Notes: generated by a model not told the origin, from the sequence alone. Counted from the first letter of the stretch, positions 39,894-52,472 are shown. The stretch is 64,000 bases of DNA from an uncultured Gemmatimonadales bacterium (GCA_963695555.1 CAVOGR010000001.1:160001-224000); one strand, 5' to 3'. Program-made: numbers and translations.

Positions 39894-40816
39894 TCGAATC
39901 GTTGACCGGCTTCGATCCCGCGGCCCCGAACCCACTCCGCCACCGAGAGCGGCTTCTTGCCTGCGGGCTGGACCATCCGCAGCTCGAGTGCCCCTGAGCC
40001 GCAGGCCACTGTGAGGAGATCACCGGCAGCAACGACGGTGCCGGGCAGAGCCCCACCGTTTTCCACCGCGCGTCCCTCGAACAGCTTGACCATCTGTCCA
40101 TCGAGCGACGTCCACGCCCCCGGCGCCGGATCGAACGCTCGTACCTGCCGTGCCAATTGAGGGGCGGGGGCGGCCCAGTCAAGGTGAGCCATTGTGCGTG
40201 TGACCTTCGGAGCATAACTCGCAGCTGCATCGTCTTGAGGCTCAGGGGTGGCGGTTCCCTCCGTCAGCTGCTCCACGGCCTGCAGCACTGCGGTGGCACC
40301 GAGTTCGGCCAAGCGCGCATTGAGCGTACCGAAGGTCTCCCCGGGTGCGATCGGGGTCTCGAGAGTCAAGAGGACCGGACCGGTGTCGAGTCCCTCTTCC
40401 ACTTGCATGATGCTGACACCGGTCGAGTCGTCGCCGGCCAGGATGGCCGCTTGAATGGGCGCGGCTCCGCGCCACCGCGGCAGGACCGACGCATGGACGT
40501 TGATCATGCCCAACGCGGGGATGGCTAGGATCTCAGGGCGCAGAATATGCCCGTAGGCCACGACCACGCCCATGTCCGGAGCCAGCCGCCGAAGTTGTGC
40601 CGCAAACAGGTCGCCCACGGGCCGCTCTGGCTGGAGGACCGGGAGGTTCAGGTGCTGGGCGGCGATCTTCGCGGCTGGGGGAACCAGTTGTGAGCGCGAC
40701 CGCCCCTGTGGCCGATCGGGTTGGGTCACGACGCCGACGATATCGTGCTCCGCGTGGTGCAGGGCGCGGAGTGAGGGAACCGCGAACTCGGGGGTGCCGA
40801 AGAAGATGAGACGCAT
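39890..40816 (-). CDS. fmt: Methionyl-tRNA formyltransferase
   Basis: FFGTPEFA, VTQPDRP, INVHASVLPRWRGAAPI, LDTG. Confidence 0.96.
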   Translation of the reverse strand: MRLIFFGTPEFAVPSLRALHHAEHDIVGVVTQPDRPQGRSRSQLVPPAAKIAAQHLNLPVLQPERPVGDLFAAQLRRLAPDMGVVVAYGHILRPEILAIPALGMINVHASVLPRWRGAAPIQAAILAGDDSTGVSIMQVEEGLDTGPVLLTLETPIAPGETFGTLNARLAELGATAVLQAVEQLTEGTATPEPQDDAAASYAPKVTRTMAHLDWAAPAPQLARQVRAFDPAPGAWTSLDGQMVKLFEGRAVENGGALPGTVVAAGDLLTVACGSGALELRMVQPAGKKPLSVAEWVRGRGIEAGQRFE

Positions 40817-41348
40817 CAGGCCTTCGCGTCGGACGCCGCACCGATCTCCTTGATATGACCGGCGCCTTTGCGCGCTTTGCGCCACCGCGTGACGAGCAGC
40901 TTGCGTTTGAGTGGGCTCAAGCGATCCACGAAGAGAATCCCATCGAGGTGATCGATCTCATGTTGGATGACCCGCGCCTTGAACCCTTCGGCCTCGAGCC
41001 GGAACGGGCGGCCATCACGGTCGAGCGCCTCCACGGTCACCGTAGCGGATCGCGTCACGTCGGCATAGAGATCCGGGATCGAGAGACACCCTTCCTCGGC
41101 TGTATCCTCGCCGCCCTGATCCACGATCACGGGATTGACCATCTCGAAGCGATGTCCGTCGGCATCCACGACCGCCACGCGGCTGGTGACTCCGACCTGG
41201 TTGGCGGCCAGCCCAACGCCTTTCGCGGCGTCCATGGTTTCGAACAGATCGTCGATAAAGGCACGGGTCTCATCATCGACGGTGGCAATCTCCATGCTCT
41301 TCTCCCGCAACGGTGGGGACCCCAGCAGGTGGAGGGGACGGAGTGGCA

Positions 41349-41349
<1 letters not shown>
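40816..41349 (-). CDS. def: Peptide deformylase
   Basis: GVGLAANQ, EGCLS, QHEIDHLDG. Confidence 0.97.
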
Positions 41350-42807
<1,458 letters not shown>

Positions 42808-42840
42808 CGGTCGGGTCTGGTGGGCGCACGTTGTTCCTTT

Positions 42841-43894
42841 TCAGATGATCACCATCGCGTCGCCATAGGAATAGAACCGGTAGCGCCGGGTGATCGCCTG
42901 CTGATAGGCCTGCCTGATGAGATCGAACCCAGCGAAGGCCGACACCAGCATCAGCAAGGTGGAGCGCGGCAGGTGGAAATTGGTGACCAGGCGGTCCACT
43001 ACCCTGAAATGATAGCCGGGAACGATGAGGAGGCGGGTCTCGTGACGGCCCGCCTGCACGGTTCCTGCCATCGCGGCGCTCTCGAGCGCCCGGACTACCG
43101 TGGTGCCGACGGCCCAGATCTTCGCTCCCTGCGAGCGGGCGTCGGCAATGCGGGCCGCTGTCGCCGGGGGAATCTCGAACCGTTCCGGGTGCATCGGCAT
43201 GGTCTTTGGTGAATTCGGCCTCCACCGGTTGAAAGGTGCCGGGTCCCACCTCGAGGTCGATCCCGACGAGCCCGATGCCCTGGCCCCGGAGCCGCTCCAA
43301 CAGGGTCGGGGTGAAGTGGAGCCCCGCGGTCGGTGCCGCGACACTGCCCTCCCGTTCGGCGTACACGGTCTGGTACCGCGTCGCGTCGGCCTCGGTAGGC
43401 TCCCGGGCGATGTATGGCGGGAGTGGGACACGGCCGAATCGTCTCATCGCGTCGTCCGGGGTGGTCCCGTGGATCCGCACGATCCGATGGCCGCTGGGAA
43501 GTACCCGCTCGACTTCCGACCCACACCTCGGCATCGAGTACGACCCGCTTTCCCGGTCGCAATGCGCTGCCGGGCTTGCCCAAGGCTACCCACGCGCTGT
43601 CTGTGGTGGGGTGGATGAGCAGGACCTCGGCTGGTGCCCCGGAGGCGCGCCTGCCGATGAGCCGGGCATGGCGGACCTTGGTGGTGTTGACGACCACGAC
43701 ATCGCCCGGCGGGATCAGATCCGGAAGGTGGTGAAACATGGAATCGGAAAGAGTCCCGCTCCCGACCCCGCCTCGTGGCGCCTGACCACGAGCAATCGAC
43801 TTGCCGCGCGATCCGGCAGGGGCTCTTGAGCGATCAGGTCCGGCGGAAGCTGGTAATCGAAGTCCGAAGTGCGGCGAGGAAGCTCAGCGGTCAA
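42841..43894 (-). CDS. queA: S-adenosylmethionine:tRNA ribosyltransferase-isomerase (three frameshifts)
   Basis: [64 protein letters not shown] across four segments. Confidence 0.92.
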
Positions 43895-44910
43895 AGATGG
43901 TTGCTTGGTGCTGAGGCGGAGTGTAACCGAACCGGCGGTAGGCAAGGGCGGTGGCACGCCGCCCGCGCGGGGTACGCTCGAGGAGCCCTTGCTGGATGAG
44001 GAACGGCTCGTAGACCTCTTCGAGCGTTCCGCATCCTCCCCGACGGCCACGGCGATGGTATTCACGCCCACCGGGCCGCCGCCGAATTTCTCGATGATCG
44101 TCTTGAGGATCCGGGAGTCCATGTCGTCGAGCCCGAACTCGTCGACGTTGAGTTGCGCCAGCGCGTCGGCCGCCACGGTCGCCGTGATGGCGCCGTCGGC
44201 ACGGACTTCGGCAAAGTCCCGCACCCGGCGAAGCAAGCGGTTGGCGACTCGTGGCGTGCCCCGGCTGCGTCGCGCCAATTCGACCGCACCGTCGTCATCG
44301 ATCGGGACCTCGAGAATCGACGCGGAGCGGTGGACGATACGCCGGAGGTCCTCGTCCGGGTAGAAATTCAGCCGCTCCACCAGGCCGAACCGCGCCCGCA
44401 TCGGCGGCGTCAGCAGTCCGAATCGGGTCGTGGCTCCGATCAGGGTGAAGCGCTCGAGCGCCATGGGAATGCGTCTGCGCGTTGGGGCCGTCGACGATCC
44501 GGACGTCTACCCGATAATCCTCCATGGCCGGATACAGAAATTCCTCGAGCTCCGGCCGCAGCCGGTGAATCTCGTCGATGAACAGCATGTCCCCCGGTCC
44601 GAGCGAGGTGAACAGGCCCACGAGGTCACCGGGCTTCTCGAGGATCGGGCCGACGTCGTCCGGACCTGGACGTCCATCTCCTTGGCCATCAGGATGGCCA
44701 AGGTCGTCTTCCCGAGGCCCGGCGGGCCGAAGAACAACGTGTGATCGAGCGTGTCGCCACGCCCGCGGGCGGCCTCGATCGCGATCTGCAGCGACTGCCT
44801 TGACGCGCTCCTGGCCGATGAACTCGTCCAGCCGCGACGGTCGGAGTGTCGCCTCGGCTCCCGACTCCTCGGGCAGTGCCGTCGGGTGTGGTGATCTCGA
44901 CTCTGGACAT
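43884..44910 (-). CDS. ruvB: Holliday junction branch migration helicase RuvB (about five frameshifts)
   Basis: [61 protein letters not shown] in successive frames. Confidence 0.92.
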
Positions 44911-45087
44911 CATCCGGCGAGCGTCGCGTCCCAGCGAACCGGCCGAGACCCCGGGTGTACGAGGTGCTTGGCCTTGCAGTGAGACACATCGATCGAGAAA
45001 CTCACCGGTGCTCATCGGCACCAGTTTTCGGTTGGTAGATCCGCATCGGGTGCAATTCCACTCCGCCGTCGCTCCAGGAACCGTCAT
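44910..45087 (-). CDS. Small zinc-ribbon protein between ruvA and ruvB (one extra base near 44980)
   Basis: [22 protein letters not shown]...DRCVHCKAKH...[11 protein letters not shown] after removing 1 nt; ATGA overlap with ruvA and TGATG overlap with ruvB. Confidence 0.7.
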
Positions 45088-45689
45088 ACGTGGGTCTTCC
45101 TCGGGTTGGTGAGTTGCTGAAGCGCGAGGCGGACGATTTGCGCGGTGTTCTCCCCGCCAATTGTCGCGACAACCTCCCGCACGGCAGATTCGGCCGCCGC
45201 TGGGGAATACCCCAGTGCGGTGAGCGCTCGAACGGCGGCATCCGGGCCCTGCTGGCGCGCGATCGTCGTGTCCACCCGGACGTCCTTGAACTTGTCTTGG
45301 AGCTCGAGGACCAGACGCTCGGCCTTCTTCTTGCCGATGCCGTTGACCGTGCTGAGCGCCGCGATGTCCCGATCCTGAATGCTCAGCACGGTTCGCTCGG
45401 GACCCAATGCGACGACAGCACCGCAAGCGCCAGCCGCGGGCCGAATCCGCTGGCGCCGAGGAGCCGTTGGAAGATCAGACGCTCACTGGCCTGGTCGAAC
45501 CCATAGAGGGCCCACCCGTCTTCCCGGACGACGAGTTCGGTGAATAGACTGATCCGGCTGCCCAGGGCAGGCAGGCGCTCGATGCACGCCGAGGGGGACG
45601 GTCACGGCATATCCGACGCCGCCGTTGGTCTGGACGATCAGCGTGTCGCCGCTCCGCTCCGCGAGTGTGCCCGTGAGAGTTGCGATCAC
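45084..45689 (-). CDS. ruvA: Holliday junction branch migration protein RuvA (two frameshifts)
   Basis: IATLTG...GGVGY, VREDGWALYGF, GFGPRLAL, GIGKKKAERLVLEL, ALTALGY. Confidence 0.9.
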
Positions 45690-46199
45690 CGGGTGCCTAC
45701 CAGGGCGCTGCGTCCGGGTCTGGTGCCCCCGATCCGCAGCAGGTGGGTCAGGGCAAGTGCCACCCCGTCGGCCGCGTCGGCCGGGGTTGGGGCAGCCCGC
45801 AAGCGCAGGAGCTGGGCGACCATGTAACCGACTTGGGCCTTGGCCGCGCGCCCGTTGCCAACCACCGTCCGCTTGACGGTCGCCGGCGCATACTCGGCGA
45901 CCGGAACCCCGGCCTGTTCCGCCGCCAGGAGAATGACGCCCCGCGCATGACCGAGCACCACCGTGGTACGGACATTCTTGCCGTTGAAGATGCCCTCGAG
46001 TGCGACCGCGTCGGGCGTGATGCTTGTCCAGGAGTTCGGTTACGCCTTGGTGAATCGCATGCAGCCGCTCCGCCAGCGAGGCCCGGGCGGTCGGTCGAAG
46101 CACACCGCACTCGGTCAGTTGTGCCTGACGTCCCGGGTGTCCGTCGATCACGCCGTAGCCGACGACGGCGGTACCGGGATCGATGCCCAGGATCTTCAC
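45686..46199 (-). CDS. ruvC: Crossover junction endodeoxyribonuclease RuvC (frameshift near 46015)
   Basis: ILGIDPG...GYGVI, LGHARGV, EYAPATVK...GNGRAAKAQV, DAADGVALALTH. Confidence 0.92.
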
Positions 46200-46212
46200 T
46201 GCACCGAGCCAG

Positions 46213-46962
46213 TCAGCGGGAGACCTCGGCCATGGTTTCGGCGTCGATGTCGAAGTTCGAGAATACCCGGGACACGTCGTCTAGTTCTTCCAAGACCTCG
46301 ATGAGTCGGAGCAACTGTTCCGCCTCCTTGCCTTCGACCTGAACCGTGTTCTGCGGTATCATCGCCAGTTCGACCTCCATGGCATCGATGCCCTTGGCCT
46401 TGAGTCGATCCTGGACGGCATGAAATTCGGTTGGAGAGGCCGTGACCACATGCTGATCGCCGTCCCGCTGGAAGTCGTCTGCCCCGGCTTCCAGGGCAGC
46501 CTCGAGCGCCGCCTCCTCGTTGTAGGCCTCGGCGTCCAGGTAGATCAATCCCTTGCGATCGAACATCCATGCCACCGAGTTGGCGCTGCCGAGGTTGCCG
46601 CCGTTGCGGCTGAAGGCGTGCCGGACCTCCGCGACGGTCCGGTTCGGGTTGTCAGTGGTGCCTTCCACGAAGATCGCGGCGCCACCCGGACCGTAGCCTT
46701 CGTAGGCGAAGTCCTCCAGCTGAGTGCCCTCCAGCTCGCCCGTTCCCTTTTTGATGGCACGGTCGATGTTGTCGTTGGGCATGTTGACCGCCCGCGCGGC
46801 CTCCATCGCCGTGCGTAGCCGCGGGTTTCCCGCCGGATCGCCGCCGCCCGCGCGAGCCGCCACGGTGATTTCGCGGATCACTTTGGTCCAGGCCGACGCC
46901 CGCCGCTGGTCGGTGAGCGCCTTCTTGTGCTTGATTTGTTTCCACTTGCTGTGGCCGGCCAT
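46213..46962 (-). CDS. yebC: YebC/PmpR family protein
   Basis: MAGHSKWKQIKHKK, NPRLR, YEGYGPGG, TDNPNRT; AAGGAG RBS. Confidence 0.95.
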   Translation of the reverse strand: MAGHSKWKQIKHKKALTDQRRASAWTKVIREITVAARAGGGDPAGNPRLRTAMEAARAVNMPNDNIDRAIKKGTGELEGTQLEDFAYEGYGPGGAAIFVEGTTDNPNRTVAEVRHAFSRNGGNLGSANSVAWMFDRKGLIYLDAEAYNEEAALEAALEAGADDFQRDGDQHVVTASPTEFHAVQDRLKAKGIDAMEVELAMIPQNTVQVEGKEAEQLLRLIEVLEELDDVSRVFSNFDIDAETMAEVSR

Positions 46963-47100
46963 GGCCAACTCCTTCGCCAGCATAGGTTTTGAGGTCCGGC
47001 CGCGCCGTGCCCGAGAACCGCCGTGAACAATAGCCGGAAGGCTCGAGAATGGGCAACGCGTCGGCTTGCGGCACTCGAATCGAGCGACTAAGCTCCTCGC

Positions 47101-47544
47101 GTGCAATACCGAACGATTCTCGTTGCCATGCTGGCCCTAGCCGCCTGCAAGCCGGAAGTCCGAGAGAAGACGCCCGAGCTGTTTGAGGCTCTCCCGGGGA
47201 TTCCCATCCCGCCTGCTTCCCAGCTCATGGGCCGCGCCGGATCGTCGGACGCACTCCAACTCTCCTTCCGAAGCGAGTGGACCGAAGCCGACCTCTTGGT
47301 CTACTACCGACGGCTGTTTGCCCGGGCGCCGTGGAAACTCGTGAGCGACGTCCGTGACCGTGACGGTGCGGCGGTCCTCTACGCCGAGCGCGATGGCCCT
47401 CCGATTTGGGTTCGAATCCACAAGGCCACCGGCGCAACCGGTGTCGCGGTGGAAATCTCAGGAGCCGTTATCGGCTCGTCAGGGCCGCCGGCCCGCTCGA
47501 GCGCTCGCGATTCGGCCGCGGCCGATACCTCCTCGGGGGACTAG
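47101..47544 (+). CDS. Hypothetical lipoprotein
   Basis: Signal peptide with lipobox LAAC; preceded by TTGCGG-N17-TAAGCT. Confidence 0.7.
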   Translation: MQYRTILVAMLALAACKPEVREKTPELFEALPGIPIPPASQLMGRAGSSDALQLSFRSEWTEADLLVYYRRLFARAPWKLVSDVRDRDGAAVLYAERDGPPIWVRIHKATGATGVAVEISGAVIGSSGPPARSSARDSAAADTSSGD

Positions 47545-47960
47545 CTTCCCTCTCTCCGTCGCGCGGCGCATTGCTCCGCGGTTTCGACGGCCTCCCGGAC
47601 AATCTCTTTCACGGCCTGGCCCAGCGTGTCGCCCGCCGGGGCGACCAGCTGGCGAAGCACCCGAGCAGCGGTATCGGGCGCCGGATCCTTCAAGTCGGCC
47701 ATCGCTCCGGCCAGGGCCCGGCGGAGGGGGGGTGGCAAGGTCAGGCTCGAGATCCGCCGTTCCAACGCGGCGATCCGGCGGCGGTGTGCTCGCTCGGGCA
47801 GCGCCGGTTCCAAACACAGGTCCAGCGCCGTCCGGAGGGTCAGCCAGAGGGCGAACGCACCCTGCCGTTTAGGGCCCCTCGCGCTTCTTGCTAGCACGTC
47901 GACGAGGGCCAGGCAGGGAGGCCATTCGTGGGTATTTCGCTCCGGAATTGTCACAGCCAT
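47541..47960 (-). CDS. Hypothetical protein
   Basis: Start overlaps the stop of the GT9 gene; helical Ala/Arg/Leu-rich ORF. Confidence 0.6.
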   Translation of the reverse strand: MAVTIPERNTHEWPPCLALVDVLARSARGPKRQGAFALWLTLRTALDLCLEPALPERAHRRRIAALERRISSLTLPPPLRRALAGAMADLKDPAPDTAARVLRQLVAPAGDTLGQAVKEIVREAVETAEQCAARRREGS

Positions 47961-48976
47961 TGGTCGAGCGCTTGCCGTACGGTCTGCGGTTGAATGTCGC
48001 GCAAGCATCGGTGATGGCCAAGAGGGCAGCGTGGCCCGCCCTCCACGGAGCACGGGCGGCACGCGAGGTCGTGCTCCAACACGGCACTCGGAGCGCCATA
48101 CGGCTGGAAGCCGAACTGCCGAACCGTGGGGCCGAAAAGCGCCACCACCGGCGTTCGGACGGCCGTCGCCATGTGCATATGCCCGTTCTCGCCGGTGACG
48201 AGTGCCCGAGCGCGTGCAATGAGGGCCCCCGATCGCTGGAGGCCGAAGGTGCCTGCCACGCTCTTCGACCGGGCCCCGCCTGACGCGGCAATCGTCTCGC
48301 ACGCCGCCGCATCCTCGGGCTCCCCAATGAGCACCGAGTCAATTTCCTCCGCCGCAAGCTGGCGCACCAGGGTAACCCAATGGGGCACGGGCCAGCACTT
48401 GGTTTCGCTGCCTGACCGCGGCGACAGGGCCACCAAGGGCCGAGTTCCGTCGAGGCTGTTGTCGTGGAGCCAGCGGTCGGCGTGGCGGTGCGCGTCATCG
48501 CTCAGGGCAAACTCCGCCGGTTTCCCGTCCGGAGTCACCTCGAGGGCGCGGGCGGCCTCGAAGTACCGCTCTGCGACCGGCGGCGCCGTGCGAGCGTAGC
48601 GATCCCGTTTGAACCGGACGAGGATGCCGCTGGCTAACCGGCGCTTGGAATAGCCTGACCAGTTGCCTGGCGCCATCGTTTTCAGAAGCCGAGTCCGCAT
48701 ATCCCCCTGGAGATCGAGCTTGTGCGTGTAGCGGGTGTGGCGGATCTCCTGGGCCAGATGGGTGAGCGATGTTCCGTCCCGGAGTTCCAGGATGCGGTCG
48801 ATTCTAGGGTTGTCGCTCAAGAGGGGGCGGAATATCCGTTCGGTGAGAACGGTCAGATGGCATTCCGGGTACCGTGTGCGAATGGCACGCACGAGGGGCG
48901 TGATGAGGAGGATGTCCCCGGCGGAGCTGAATCGCACGATGAGAATGCGGCGTGTACGGAGCGGGGCATACGGCAC
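47951..48976 (-). CDS. GT9 family LPS heptosyltransferase (WaaF/WaaQ-like)
   Basis: ILIVRFSSAGDILL, KCWP, GHMHMATAVRTPVVALFGPT, CRPCS...CPLGHHRCL. Confidence 0.9.
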   Translation of the reverse strand: MPYAPLRTRRILIVRFSSAGDILLITPLVRAIRTRYPECHLTVLTERIFRPLLSDNPRIDRILELRDGTSLTHLAQEIRHTRYTHKLDLQGDMRTRLLKTMAPGNWSGYSKRRLASGILVRFKRDRYARTAPPVAERYFEAARALEVTPDGKPAEFALSDDAHRHADRWLHDNSLDGTRPLVALSPRSGSETKCWPVPHWVTLVRQLAAEEIDSVLIGEPEDAAACETIAASGGARSKSVAGTFGLQRSGALIARARALVTGENGHMHMATAVRTPVVALFGPTVRQFGFQPYGAPSAVLEHDLACRPCSVEGGPRCPLGHHRCLRDIQPQTVRQALDQWL

Positions 48977-49054
48977 GGGCGGAATGTACCGGCCGTGGGG
49001 GGCCGCCGCCACCGCGTTGCTCCGCCGTTTGCGGGACGATTAGGTTTCCGCTCT

Positions 49055-50620
49055 ATGCCCCGACCGCGAAGTATCCTCTGGGTCGATGATGAGATCGAAA
49101 GCCTGACCTCACACATCCTGTTCCTCGAAGAGCAAGGGTTCCGGGTGGAGCCGGCCGCCAATGGGGACGACGCCCTGGTGTTGCTCCAGCGCCAGCCCTA
49201 TGGGGTCGTCCTATTGGACGAGCAGATGCCGGGGCGCCGCGGCCTGGAGTTGTTTCATATGATCCGCGGTATCGATGGCTCCATGCCGGTGGTCATGGTC
49301 ACGAAGAGCGAAGAGCAGGAAACCCTGCGGGATGCGATTGGAGCCGAGATCTCCGATTATCTCGTCAAGCCGGTCAATCCTCGGCAAGTGCTTTCGGTGG
49401 TCACGCGACTGCTCGAGGGTGACCGCATCCGGCAGCAGCGGCTCTCGCGTGATTTCACGACCCGATTTCGGGACCTCGAGGCGCGCCGGGGGACGGCGCT
49501 GGCCTGGCGCGAATGGGTCGAGTTGGTGGCGGAGCTGGCCGAATGGGAAGTGAAGCTCGCCCGGGCCGATGAGCCCGGACTCCAAGAAGCGCTCCGCACG
49601 CTGCAAGACTCGCTGCGGCAAGATTTCGCGCGGTTCCTTGCGGATCATTATGCGCAATGGCTCGATGGCACGGAGGACGATCGTCCCCCGTTGTCGGTGG
49701 ATGTGGGATCGGAGTTTCTGGCTCCGGTCCTACGCGATCGGGGACGCGCGCTCCTGGTTGTCGTGGATTGTCTCCGGCTCGACCAGTGGGCCGTGCTGCG
49801 CCCGCTGATTGGAACCCGCTTCGATATCGAGACGGCGCACTATTTCTCGATCGTACCCACGGCGACGCCGTACGCCCGGAATGCGATCTTCGGCGGCCTC
49901 TTTCCGGCCGAGCTTGCTGCCCGTCACCCGGACTGGTGGCGCATCAAGGATGACTCGGGGCTCAACGCCCACGAGGACGTCCTGTTGGCGGAACATCTCG
50001 CGACGTTGTTCGACAAGCCGGTTCCAGTGCGCTATGAGAAGGTCTTCACGGCTGGAGACGGCGAGGCGTTGTTGCGGCGCCTTCCCGCGCACTTGGCGCA
50101 GGATGGCGTGACCGCGCTGGTGTTCAATTTCGTCGATCAACTGACGCATGGCCGCACCGAAAACACCACCCTGTTCGAAGTGGCCCGCGACGCGCGAGCC
50201 CTCCGGGAATTGACCCGCACGTGGTTCGAGCGGTCGCCCCTCTGGGATGCGCTGTGCGAGGCGGAGCGGCGCAACGTTCCTGTGCTGTTGACCACCGATC
50301 ACGGTTCAATCCACTGCCACACTCCGGCCACGGTGTTTGCCAAGCGCGACGCCACCGCCCATCTCCGCTACAAATTCGGCGAGGACCTGCGCGTGGAGGA
50401 CCCGAACGCGGCACTGGTGATCGACGATCTCGAACGATACGGCCTGCCGCCTCGGTCGCCCAAGACGCGGCTGCTGCTTGCCACCGGAGACCGGTTCTTC
50501 GTCTACCCGACCAAGCTCCGTGAATACCAGGCCCGCTACCGAGGCGCATTCTTGCATGGCGGGGTCTCGCCGGAAGAGGTAGTGCTGCCCATCGCGCTGC
50601 TCACCCCGCGGCGGGCCTGA
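49055..50620 (+). CDS. PorX-type response regulator (REC + PglZ/alkaline-phosphatase-fold domain)
   Basis: ILWVDDEI, LLDEQMPG, VTKSEE, VDCLRLDQW, PTATPYARNAIF, FVDQLTH, TTDHGS, HGGVSPEE. Confidence 0.9.
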   Translation: MPRPRSILWVDDEIESLTSHILFLEEQGFRVEPAANGDDALVLLQRQPYGVVLLDEQMPGRRGLELFHMIRGIDGSMPVVMVTKSEEQETLRDAIGAEISDYLVKPVNPRQVLSVVTRLLEGDRIRQQRLSRDFTTRFRDLEARRGTALAWREWVELVAELAEWEVKLARADEPGLQEALRTLQDSLRQDFARFLADHYAQWLDGTEDDRPPLSVDVGSEFLAPVLRDRGRALLVVVDCLRLDQWAVLRPLIGTRFDIETAHYFSIVPTATPYARNAIFGGLFPAELAARHPDWWRIKDDSGLNAHEDVLLAEHLATLFDKPVPVRYEKVFTAGDGEALLRRLPAHLAQDGVTALVFNFVDQLTHGRTENTTLFEVARDARALRELTRTWFERSPLWDALCEAERRNVPVLLTTDHGSIHCHTPATVFAKRDATAHLRYKFGEDLRVEDPNAALVIDDLERYGLPPRSPKTRLLLATGDRFFVYPTKLREYQARYRGAFLHGGVSPEEVVLPIALLTPRRA

Positions 50621-50622
50621 GC

Positions 50623-52467
50623 GTGCGCGCCGAGCGCCGCCTCTTCCAGTATGTCGCTCCCCGGCGTGGCTGGTTCGCGCTGGCGCTCGCGACGGCATTC
50701 CTTGCCTCCTTGCTGGACGGCCTGACAATCGTACTCCTCATCCCGTTGCTCAAGTTCTTGTTCGGCACCGCCGGCGCGTTGGCGGCCGGCGCGCCGTCCC
50801 GGCTCGAGCACGCGGTCGACTGGGTCCTCAGTCCGATTCTGTCCGGGGCGACACGGGGCCAGGCCGCCGCGCGCGTGCTCGGCCTCTTGGTTGCCGGTCT
50901 GATAGTGAAGAACGCGCTCAGCTATGCGGCGCGGCAGATTCAGGTCGCAATCCAAGAGAGCCTGGTGCGGGATCTTCGTGTCGACATGTTCGACCACCTG
51001 CTGCGGCTGGATCTCGATTATTTCCAGCGCACCCGGGCAGGGCAGCTCATTTCCTCCCTGATCGTCGATGTGGATCAGGTCAAGAGCGTGGTGACCGCGA
51101 CCCTGGCGAGCTTTTTTCAAAACGGCGTGGTCATCATTGTCATCCTGATCATTTTGAGCCAGATCTCGTGGCGTTTGACCCTGCTGGTGCTCGCGGCGGC
51201 GCCGATTTTGGTGCTGGGAATGCGGCAATTGCTGCGGCGCTTGCGGCGCCATTCGCGGGCGCGGGCGGATGAGCGCGGCGCCATCACGGCGACGGTCGCG
51301 GAGCGGGTTGGCGCGATCAAGCTGATCCGGGCCTACGGCGAGGAAGCCGGGGAGCTGGAGCGCTTTCGCCGGCAGAGCCATGATTATCGCAAGAGGGTCA
51401 TCCGCACCCAGCGATTCTCGTCACTGATGAGCCCGGTCAGCGAGATGTTCGGGGGGCTCCTCATCATTCTCATCGTCTTCGTGGCCATGCGTCCGGGGCT
51501 CATCGGCGGCAATCCGATGACGCCGGAGGCGATCGTGGTGTTTCTGGTCGCGGCGCTTCGGGTGATGTCTCCCATCAAGAAGATCGCCGAGTTTCCCGCC
51601 GCATTGGCTGTGGCGTTGGCGAGCGCCGAGCGGGTGTTCGATCTCTTGGATCAACCGGAACGCGAGCGAGACCGGCCGGGCGAACGGGAAGCGCGGTTCA
51701 CGCGGGAGATCCGCTACGAGGGTGTCTCGTTCAGCTATGGGGCCGGGCCGCCGGTGCTGGACCGAGTGTCCCTGACGATCCCGAAGGGTGACGTCGTGGC
51801 CATCGTCGGACCATCGGGAGCCGGAAAGACCACGCTGGTGGATCTCCTGCCGCGCTTTCACGATCCGTCCACCGGCCGCATCCTCGTCGATGATGTGCCG
51901 GCCACCGAACTCACGCGCAGCTCGCTTCGGCGGCTCCTGGGAGTGGTGGGTCAGGAGACCATCCTGTTGAACGACACGGTGCACGCCAACATTACGTTCG
52001 GTACATCGGATGCCTCGCGGGCGCAGGTGGAACAGGCCGCCGCTGCCGCCAATGCCGACGAGTTCATCCGGCAGCTCCCCGAGCGGTACGACACCATGCT
52101 CGGTGAGCGTGGTACCCGGCTGTCAGGCGGCCAACGCCAGCGGATTGCCATCGCCCGCGCCCTGCTCCGCGACCCGCCCATTCTCATTCTGGATGAGGCC
52201 ACGAGCGCCCTCGATCCGGTCTCCGAGCGCTTAGTCCAGGAGGCCATCGAGCGGCTGGTGCGGGACCGGACGGTGTTGGTCATTGCGCACCGCCTCTCCA
52301 CGGTGCGCCATGCAGATGAGATCGTCGTGCTCAATGAGGGACAGGTCATCGAGCGTGGCGATCACGCCGCCTTGTACCATGAAGGGGGGCTCTACCGGCG
52401 GCTGTACGACCTCCAGTTTCATGACGAGCCGATGGCGGCGCACCCATCGCCCGGATCGGTTGACTAG
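50623..52467 (+). CDS. MsbA-like ABC transporter (permease + ATPase)
   Basis: TM domain, GPSGAGKT, LSGGQRQR, ILDEAT, IAHRLST; located in an LPS cluster. Confidence 0.9.
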   Translation: MRAERRLFQYVAPRRGWFALALATAFLASLLDGLTIVLLIPLLKFLFGTAGALAAGAPSRLEHAVDWVLSPILSGATRGQAAARVLGLLVAGLIVKNALSYAARQIQVAIQESLVRDLRVDMFDHLLRLDLDYFQRTRAGQLISSLIVDVDQVKSVVTATLASFFQNGVVIIVILIILSQISWRLTLLVLAAAPILVLGMRQLLRRLRRHSRARADERGAITATVAERVGAIKLIRAYGEEAGELERFRRQSHDYRKRVIRTQRFSSLMSPVSEMFGGLLIILIVFVAMRPGLIGGNPMTPEAIVVFLVAALRVMSPIKKIAEFPAALAVALASAERVFDLLDQPERERDRPGEREARFTREIRYEGVSFSYGAGPPVLDRVSLTIPKGDVVAIVGPSGAGKTTLVDLLPRFHDPSTGRILVDDVPATELTRSSLRRLLGVVGQETILLNDTVHANITFGTSDASRAQVEQAAAAANADEFIRQLPERYDTMLGERGTRLSGGQRQRIAIARALLRDPPILILDEATSALDPVSERLVQEAIERLVRDRTVLVIAHRLSTVRHADEIVVLNEGQVIERGDHAALYHEGGLYRRLYDLQFHDEPMAAHPSPGSVD

Positions 52468-52472
52468 CCCAC

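Noticed and set aside
43715..46199. Apparent RuvB-QueA, RuvC-RuvA and Zn-ribbon-RuvB fusion ORFs, or programmed frameshifting
   Set aside because: Chimeras produced by indels; no slippery sites and too many events for programmed recoding
45686..46199. RuvC as a Cas/TnpB-type nuclease
   Set aside because: Canonical resolvase in the yebC-ruvC-ruvA-ruvB context; no CRISPR repeats in the window
49055..50620. PglZ domain as evidence of a BREX defence system
   Set aside because: REC-fused PorX architecture; no brxC, pglX or brxL nearby
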